Assembly (NCBI GenBank): GCA_031362565.1
Contig: JANLSU010000014.1
Location: forward strand, 1 to 64,000
Direction: 5' to 3'
DNA: 64,000 nucleotides
DNA from: a bacterium
GTDB taxonomy: Bacteria; Krumholzibacteriota; Krumholzibacteriia; G020349025
The notes beneath the pieces are model-generated. The model worked only from the letters and a program-made list of their open reading frames with translations, searched no databases and was not told the DNA's origin. Both the position numbers and the translations under genes were made by a program. Positions within the stretch are counted from its first letter, which is position 1. The number at the start of each line of letters is the position of its first letter. Shown piece by piece: positions 57,964 to 64,000 of the stretch.

Positions 57964-60832
57964 GCGGCGGGGCGTCGCAACCCTGCGGGCGGCCGCCGGT
58001 CTGACCGCGCTCCTGGCGCTGGCGGCGACTCCGGCGCGCGCCCAGTATCTCTTCGGGCAAAACAAGGTCATCTACGGCGCCAAAGACTGGAAGGTGCTCG
58101 AGACCCCGCGGCTCGACGTCTACTACTACGCCGGCGAAGAGCAACTGGCCCAGGTGCTGGCCGACTTTGCCGAGAAGACCTGCATCGAGTACGAGGCTTA
58201 TTTCCGCCACAAGTTCGACGACAAGATCCCGCTCGTCCTGTATGCGTCGCACCACGATTTCAAGCAGACCAACATCATCGATGCGATGATTTCGGACTAC
58301 GTCGGCGGCTTCACCGAATCGATCCGGGGCCGGGTGGCGATTCCGCACACCGGCTCCATGACGCAGCTCTGCAACGTGACCCGCCACGAGCTCGTGCACG
58401 CTTTCATGAACGACAAACTGGCGCACCTGTTCAACGCCAAGCGCCGCTACAGCGCCGGCGGCCCGCCGCTCTGGTTCTCGGAGGGTCTCGCCGAGTACGT
58501 CGCGCTCCGGACACCGGACAGCGAAGCGCACATGTTCCTGCGCGATCTGGTCGTTAACGGCAACCTGGTCGAGTTGCCGGACCTGTGGCGCATCGCCGGC
58601 AGTTTCCTCATGTATAAAGAAGGGGAGTCGCTCACCGGCTATATCGCCGGCCGGTTCGGCGATGAAGCGCTGGTGCAGCTGCTCGAGAACTGGTGGCGGA
58701 GCGACCGCTTCGAAGTCGTGCTGCAGCTCACCCTCGGTATCAGCACCGAAGAATTGAATCGCGACTGGGTGCGTTACTTGAAGCGCCGGTACTATCCGGC
58801 GGTACTGGACGCCGACTGGGCGGATCACGAAGGTGCGGCTGCAACCCGTGGCCGGGGACTCAATACGCGCCCGGCGCCGTATGCCGCCACCCAGCGGGCG
58901 GACGGGACGTGCGATTTCGTCTTCTTGTCGTCGCGCTCGGGCAGCGTCGATGTGGTGTACGCCCGGCCCGCAGCGGACAGCGCCGGCAGCCACGAATTCG
59001 ATTGGCTGCCGTACCGGTTCGACACCCTGGTGCGCGGCGGCCGGAGCGATCGGGTCGAATCCATTCCGCCGTTTGCGAGCGGCATGGAAATTCACGACCA
59101 CCGGTTGGCCTTCACGACGAAATCCGGGGCGCATGACGCGCTTGTTTTGTGGGATCTACAGCACCGGGGCGAAATTGCCCGCTTCAAGTTCGACGAACTG
59201 GTGGCGCTTGCGAGCCCAACGTGGTCGCCCGATGGGCGTGCGATCGCCTTCGCGGCATTGGACCGCCGGGGCTGGCCGGATCTCTACCGGTTGACGCTCG
59301 CCGACGGCGCTCTCGAACGGCTGACGTTCGACCCCGCCGACGACCGTGATCCGGACTGGAGTCACGACGGCACGCGCTTGGCTTGGAGTTCGGATCGCGA
59401 TGCGGCGGCACACGACGGCGTCTATCACCTGTGGACGCTCGATGTCGCGACCGGGGTGGCGCGGCCTCTCACCTCCGGCACCGAGGACGACGCGGCACCG
59501 GCGTGGAGCCCCGACGACACGTCGCTCCTGTACACGAGCGATGCCGGCGGCCAGACCAACGTGTACCTGTACGAATGCGAATCGGGCGCGATTTCACAGG
59601 TGACGTCGACGCTCGGCGGCATCTTCACGCCCGAGTGGCTGCCGGACGGCAAGAGTTTCCTGGCGTCGTCGTTCAGCAACATCTCGTTCAACGTGGTGCG
59701 TTTTCAGGTCGAGCGGCGGCGGCGCGTCGAGCCGGCCGTGCCGGCCCAAGCGCTCGTTGCGGATGCCGCTCGTGCGGCGCCGCCGGTGTCGGTCACCGCC
59801 GGAGCACCCGCCGACTGGGTGCGTACGGCACGCCTCAATTCATTCCAGAATCGCGCCTATCGGGTGCGTTTTGGGCTCGACTTCGTGCGCACGGCGGTCG
59901 CCTTCGACCCGGATTTCGCGTCGGCGACCGGCGGCCAGTTGGGGCTGACCGACCTGCTCGGCAACCATCAAGTGTTCTTGCATGCGAGCAACGATGCCAA
60001 CGATGTCAGCGAGTTCTGGCAGCATCTGAATGTTGGCGCGACGTATGTGAATCTTTCGCACCGGGTCAACTACAGCCTCGGGGCCTTCAACTTGACGAGT
60101 GTGTACGACCCGCGGCTCGATCTCTACCGGTACGAACGCCGCACCGGCATGCTGGTTGGCGCCTCGTATCCGCTGTCGCGTTTCCGGCGCATCGAATCGA
60201 CCTTGGTGGGACGGGTTTCGAAACGCGAGGTCGACCTCGGGCGGCAGAGTGTGCTCATCAGCGACTTCACGTCGTTCGTCCACGACAACACCCTGTGGTC
60301 GGTGGCCGGACCGACGGATGGAACGCGTTTCAATTTGACGTTCGGCGGCACGGTGGACGTCACCGGTACGGGCCGTGGCGGCACCTCTTTGCAAGCCGAC
60401 CTGCGACGCTATACGCCGCTGCCGATGCGGAGTGTGCTGGCGCTGCGTGGCATTGGCCGCGCCAATTGGGGCGACGACCTGGGTTACTTCTATATGGGCG
60501 GGCCGTTCGATGTGCGCGGCTATCCGCGCCGTTCGCTCTTCGGGACCCGCACGTTGCTCTTCAACGGCGAGTTGCGATTCCCGCTCGTCGACCGCTTGCT
60601 GGTCGGCCTGCCGTTCAACAACATCGAATTGGGCGGCTTCCGCGGCGCCCTCTTCGCCGACGCGGCCTACGCCGGCCCGCCACTATCGCTGTGGGCGGGA
60701 AGCCTCGGCATGGGCTTCGAACTGGGATTGGGTGGCGGGTTCATCGCCCGCTGGGACCTGGGCCGCAGGCACGATTTCCACCACCTCGAACCGCAATCTT
60801 TCTCGCGCTTCTTCCTCGGCTGGGATTACTGA
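57941..60832 (+). CDS. Peptidase-MA-like + TolB/WD40 propeller + Omp85 beta-barrel fusion
   Basis: Signal peptide, HELVH...WFSEGLAEY, PTWSPDG/PDWSHDG/PAWSPD repeats, VRGY lid motif, C-terminal FFLGWDY beta-signal. Confidence 0.82.
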   Translation: MRLGRKHRRRGVATLRAAAGLTALLALAATPARAQYLFGQNKVIYGAKDWKVLETPRLDVYYYAGEEQLAQVLADFAEKTCIEYEAYFRHKFDDKIPLVLYASHHDFKQTNIIDAMISDYVGGFTESIRGRVAIPHTGSMTQLCNVTRHELVHAFMNDKLAHLFNAKRRYSAGGPPLWFSEGLAEYVALRTPDSEAHMFLRDLVVNGNLVELPDLWRIAGSFLMYKEGESLTGYIAGRFGDEALVQLLENWWRSDRFEVVLQLTLGISTEELNRDWVRYLKRRYYPAVLDADWADHEGAAATRGRGLNTRPAPYAATQRADGTCDFVFLSSRSGSVDVVYARPAADSAGSHEFDWLPYRFDTLVRGGRSDRVESIPPFASGMEIHDHRLAFTTKSGAHDALVLWDLQHRGEIARFKFDELVALASPTWSPDGRAIAFAALDRRGWPDLYRLTLADGALERLTFDPADDRDPDWSHDGTRLAWSSDRDAAAHDGVYHLWTLDVATGVARPLTSGTEDDAAPAWSPDDTSLLYTSDAGGQTNVYLYECESGAISQVTSTLGGIFTPEWLPDGKSFLASSFSNISFNVVRFQVERRRRVEPAVPAQALVADAARAAPPVSVTAGAPADWVRTARLNSFQNRAYRVRFGLDFVRTAVAFDPDFASATGGQLGLTDLLGNHQVFLHASNDANDVSEFWQHLNVGATYVNLSHRVNYSLGAFNLTSVYDPRLDLYRYERRTGMLVGASYPLSRFRRIESTLVGRVSKREVDLGRQSVLISDFTSFVHDNTLWSVAGPTDGTRFNLTFGGTVDVTGTGRGGTSLQADLRRYTPLPMRSVLALRGIGRANWGDDLGYFYMGGPFDVRGYPRRSLFGTRTLLFNGELRFPLVDRLLVGLPFNNIELGGFRGALFADAAYAGPPLSLWAGSLGMGFELGLGGGFIARWDLGRRHDFHHLEPQSFSRFFLGWDY

Positions 60833-60941
60833 GCTCGACGTCTCGACCGCTTGGGCGATGCAGGCAGGGTTCCTGCTTGCTATCATTCGCCGCCTGGGCA
60901 GCGCGTTGTCGTGGGCGCCGAGATCCGCAACACAAGGAGCG

Positions 60942-61451
60942 ATGGGTGTGAACGCAGACGACAGCCGGCGCTTGGAAGAGCAGCAGCTCATCGAACGGCT
61001 CCGCAAGATCGAAGCCCTCTTCGCTCGACCGGGTACGGAGGGGGAACGGGCGGCAGCCGGCAACGCCGCGGAGCGGGTGCGGGCGCGCCTCGATGGGTTC
61101 AAGGACAAGGAGCCGCTGCGGGTCACGCAGTTCTCGATCCACGATCCGTGGGCTCGCATGCTGTTCTTGGCGCTCGTGCGGCGCTCGGGCTTGAACCCGT
61201 ACCGGGAGAAGGGCCAGCGCCGGACGACTGTCATGGTCCGCGCCAAAGTGGGCTTCATCGAGACCACCCTGTGGCCGGAGTTCCTGGAACTCGAGCGCAC
61301 CCTGCAAGGCTACCTGCACGAGATCACCCAGCGGGTCATCTCCCAAGCGATCCACAGCGACGTGCGTGACGCGGAGGAGCAATCCACGTCTGCCAGCGCG
61401 CCGGGCCAAAGAGCCCTCGGCTTGGACCGCGCCGCGGGCGGCCCGGGGTAG
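60942..61451 (+). CDS. Hypothetical protein, DUF2786-like N-terminal motif
   Basis: SD AAGGAG (start 60942 or 60948). LIERLRKIEALFARPGTEGERAAA. Confidence 0.65.
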   Translation: MGVNADDSRRLEEQQLIERLRKIEALFARPGTEGERAAAGNAAERVRARLDGFKDKEPLRVTQFSIHDPWARMLFLALVRRSGLNPYREKGQRRTTVMVRAKVGFIETTLWPEFLELERTLQGYLHEITQRVISQAIHSDVRDAEEQSTSASAPGQRALGLDRAAGGPG

Positions 61452-61472
61452 GCTCAATCGCTCCTCCGGCGG

Positions 61473-61502
61473 TTGACACGGGGCGGGGCGCCTTGTTAGC
61501 CT
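61473..61502 (+). promoter_or_regulatory. Candidate sigma70 promoter for rpsT
   Basis: TTGACA-18 bp-TAGCCT with TG extension. Confidence 0.55.
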
Positions 61503-61538
61503 GTCGGGTCTGGTTCCGACCTGGAGGTCCTACGGGGC

Positions 61539-61808
61539 ATGCCCCATCATAAGCAGTACGTGAAGACATTGCGGAAAGACGCCAAACGGCGGATCGTGAA
61601 TCGCTCGAAGCGGTCGACGTTGCGCACGGCGCTTCGCGAGTTCCGCGCCCAGACCGACGCCACGAAGGCGGCGGCGCTGGTCCCGAAGGTGTCGGCGCTC
61701 CTCGACAAGGGTGCGAAGACGAACCTCATCCATCCGAGCACGGCGAGCCGGCTCAAGTCGCGCCTCGCCCTGACCGTGATTCGTTTGCAGTCGCGCACCG
61801 CGGCCTGA
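61539..61808 (+). CDS. rpsT: 30S ribosomal protein S20
   Basis: K.LR.D.KRR..NRSKRSTLRT...LDKGAK.NLIH...ASRLKSRL. Confidence 0.92.
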   Translation: MPHHKQYVKTLRKDAKRRIVNRSKRSTLRTALREFRAQTDATKAAALVPKVSALLDKGAKTNLIHPSTASRLKSRLALTVIRLQSRTAA

Positions 61809-61835
61809 AGGGCCGCGGTCGCGCGTCGGCGCGTT

Positions 61836-63545
61836 TCATCCTGCCCGCACTGCGTTCAGCACCGCGCCCAGCAAGTCCTTGCGGCCGTGGTGGGTGACTT
61901 CCTTGGTGCGCCGGTCGCGGATCTCCAGTTTGTCCTCGTTCAAGCCACGCTCACCGATCGTCACCCGGGTCGGAATCCCGATGAGATCGGCGTCCTTGAA
62001 CTTGCCTCCGGGCCGCAGGTCGCGATCGTCGAGCAGGGCATCGACTCCGGCCGCCCGCAGCCCGGCGTAGAGGTCCTCGGCAACGCTGACGCTTTCGGCG
62101 TGGGTTCCCGACAAGGGCAGGATCACCACATCGAACGGCGCGATCGAGCGCGGCCAGGTGATGCCGTCCGCGTCGTAGTGCTGTTCGATCGCCGCCGCCA
62201 CGGTGCGCGTCACGCCAAGTCCGTAGCAACCCATCACGAACGGTTTTTCCTGGCCGGCCTCGTCCAAGAAGTTGGCGCCCATGGCCTGGCTGTACTTGAG
62301 ACCCAACTTGAAGATGTGGCCGACCTCGATGCCGCGCGATGAAACGAGCCCGCCCTTGCAGCGCGGACAGCCGTCGCCGGCCCGCCCCTGCACGAGATCG
62401 CCCCAGGCGGCAACCTGGAAGTCGCGCCCCGCAACGACGCCGCGCAAGTGGGTATCGGTGCGGTTGGCGCCGACCGTCAAACCCCGGTCGCCGCGCAACG
62501 TCGAATCAGCGACGATGCGCACCGAGGCGGGCAACTTCACCGGCCCCGCGAAACCAACGTCGGCGCCGGTCACGGCGCGCACCTCTTCGGGCAGCAGCGG
62601 GCGGAAATTGCCGCTGCCGGCAAGCCGCGCGAATTTGGCTTCGTTCAAGTCGCGATGGCCGGGCAGGAGCGCTGCCACGTCCTGGTCATCGACCTTGAAA
62701 AGCAACGTCTTGACGAGCGTGTGCGGCGCCACCTGCAAGAAACCCGATACTTCCTCGATGGTGCGTTTGCCGGGCGTCGCGACCTCTTCGGGCGCCGCCG
62801 ATCCGGCCGGACGCTCGAGCACTTCCGGCGCGATCTCGGCGCGCTCGGCGTTGGCCGCGTAGCCGCACGAATCGCACGACAGGATCTCCGATTCGCCGTT
62901 CGCCGCCAACACCATGAACTCGTGGCTCTCACTGCCGCCGATCAAACCGGTGTCGGCCTCGACGCGCCGGAAATCGAGCCCGCAGCGTTCGAGGATCCGG
63001 CCGTAGGCACCGCGCATCGCCTGATATGTGAGATCGAGCGAGGCCTCGTCGGTGTGGAAGCTGTACGCATCCTTCATCATGAATTCCCGCGCCCGCATGA
63101 CGCCGAAGCGCGGCCGGATCTCGTCCCGAAACTTGACCTGGATCTGATACAGCGTCTGCGGCAGCTGCCGGTAACTGCGCAGCGTGTTGCGCACGAGCGC
63201 CGTGACGATTTCCTCGTGCGTCGGTCCGAGAGCGAAATCATGTTCGTGCCGGTCGCGAAAGCGCATGAGTTCCTTGCCGAAGGCACCCCAACGGCCCGAC
63301 TCTTCCCATAGATCGGCGGGCTGCAGAACCGGCATGACGATTTCTTGCGAGTCGATGCGGTCCATTTCGTCGCGCACGATGCGCGCCACACGCGCCACGG
63401 TCCGCGTTCCGAGAGGCAACTGCGTGAACACCCCGGCTGCCACCTTGCGCACCATGCCGGCGCGCATCATGAGCTGGTGGCTGACGATTTCGGCGTCGGA
63501 TGGGGTTTCCTTGAGAGTCGGAATGAAGGCCTTCGACCAGCGCAT
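61836..63545 (-). CDS. proS: Proline--tRNA ligase (bacterial type with editing domain)
   Basis: PTLKETP, LGPTHEE, KFRDEIRPRFGVMRAREF, GIEVGHIFKLG, MGCYG.G, GKFKDADLIGIP. Confidence 0.98.
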   Translation of the reverse strand: MRWSKAFIPTLKETPSDAEIVSHQLMMRAGMVRKVAAGVFTQLPLGTRTVARVARIVRDEMDRIDSQEIVMPVLQPADLWEESGRWGAFGKELMRFRDRHEHDFALGPTHEEIVTALVRNTLRSYRQLPQTLYQIQVKFRDEIRPRFGVMRAREFMMKDAYSFHTDEASLDLTYQAMRGAYGRILERCGLDFRRVEADTGLIGGSESHEFMVLAANGESEILSCDSCGYAANAERAEIAPEVLERPAGSAAPEEVATPGKRTIEEVSGFLQVAPHTLVKTLLFKVDDQDVAALLPGHRDLNEAKFARLAGSGNFRPLLPEEVRAVTGADVGFAGPVKLPASVRIVADSTLRGDRGLTVGANRTDTHLRGVVAGRDFQVAAWGDLVQGRAGDGCPRCKGGLVSSRGIEVGHIFKLGLKYSQAMGANFLDEAGQEKPFVMGCYGLGVTRTVAAAIEQHYDADGITWPRSIAPFDVVILPLSGTHAESVSVAEDLYAGLRAAGVDALLDDRDLRPGGKFKDADLIGIPTRVTIGERGLNEDKLEIRDRRTKEVTHHGRKDLLGAVLNAVRAG

Positions 63546-63641
63546 GCGGTTCCTTTCATTGCCTCGAACAGCTTCGGAGCGCGCAGCGTACCGCACCGGC
63601 GCCGGGCGCTCAATGGCTGCGGCAAAAGGGGTCAGGGGCCT

Positions 63642-63998
63642 CTAAAGTTCGAGCCGGGTGGTCACGAGTACGGCCGGGGATGTGCGGGAGGGCGCCGTCG
63701 CACTGTGGCCAGCGTGCCGGATGGTCAGGGCCCGCACATCGAGCCCGAACTCGATGCTCCGCAGCCCGTGGTAGGCGATCGCAATCCCGGGCTGCGACCG
63801 GCTTTCGACGACGCCCGACAAGTAACCGACGTTGTCGGATACGCGCTGGTCGTGATCCACCGCGAGCCCACCCTCGCCGTGGCGTTCTAGTTCATAAAAC
63901 AAGCGCGCTTCGAAGCCGCGCGACAGCCGGCGGCGGAGTGCCACATCCCACAGATCGCTGTCCGGCCCCGTGCGGCTGCCGAGCGTGCCACCGAAGTG
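63642..63998 (-). CDS. C-terminal fragment of an outer-membrane beta-barrel, capsule assembly Wzi-like (5' outside window)
   Basis: Frame is open to the window edge: HFGGTLGSRTGPDSDLWDV...ERHGEG. LG...GPDSD motif and terminal beta strands. Confidence 0.5.
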   Translation of the reverse strand, partial: HFGGTLGSRTGPDSDLWDVALRRRLSRGFEARLFYELERHGEGGLAVDHDQRVSDNVGYLSGVVESRSQPGIAIAYHGLRSIEFGLDVRALTIRHAGHSATAPSRTSPAVLVTTRLEL

Positions 63999-64000
63999 CT

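Overview
High-GC bacterial chromosome window, mostly + strand. The FlgD/T9SS-like C-terminal domains, PorV-like barrel, SWGxIKxLY-tailed proteins, Bacteroidetes-type bS22 and GlmU-like protein suggest an FCB-related candidate lineage such as Eisenbacteria, Krumholzibacteriota or Latescibacterota (inference). In order: (1) a tandem duplication of a two-gene unit (secreted Ig+dockerin-like protein followed by a secreted cohesin-like protein), with near-identical scaffolds and matched hypervariable patches; (2) tRNA-Ala(GGC) and a GlmU-like gene; (3) a compact bacterial microcompartment operon (BMC-H, three BMC-P, BMC-T, encapsulated aldehyde dehydrogenase) with no signature enzyme; (4) HU, a 29-aa bS22 missed by the ORF track, and RNase R; (5) a regulatory block (PilZ, CsrA with a GGA-rich leader, a histidine kinase, three sigma54 activators, two -24/-12 promoters) around a large secreted metalloprotease; (6) PorV-like barrel, glgD/glgC, MltD, GGDEF, ComEC, purN-purC-purH-guaA; (7) M6 protease, Slt, NHL, kinase-like, TPR and PQQ proteins; (8) csp, secA (with a four-Cys insert), topA, xerC, dapA, dapB, a peptidase-WD40-Omp85 fusion, rpsT, proS. 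No transposase, phage module, CRISPR array or rRNA was seen. All family calls come from reading motifs, not from database searches, and start codons were chosen by eye.
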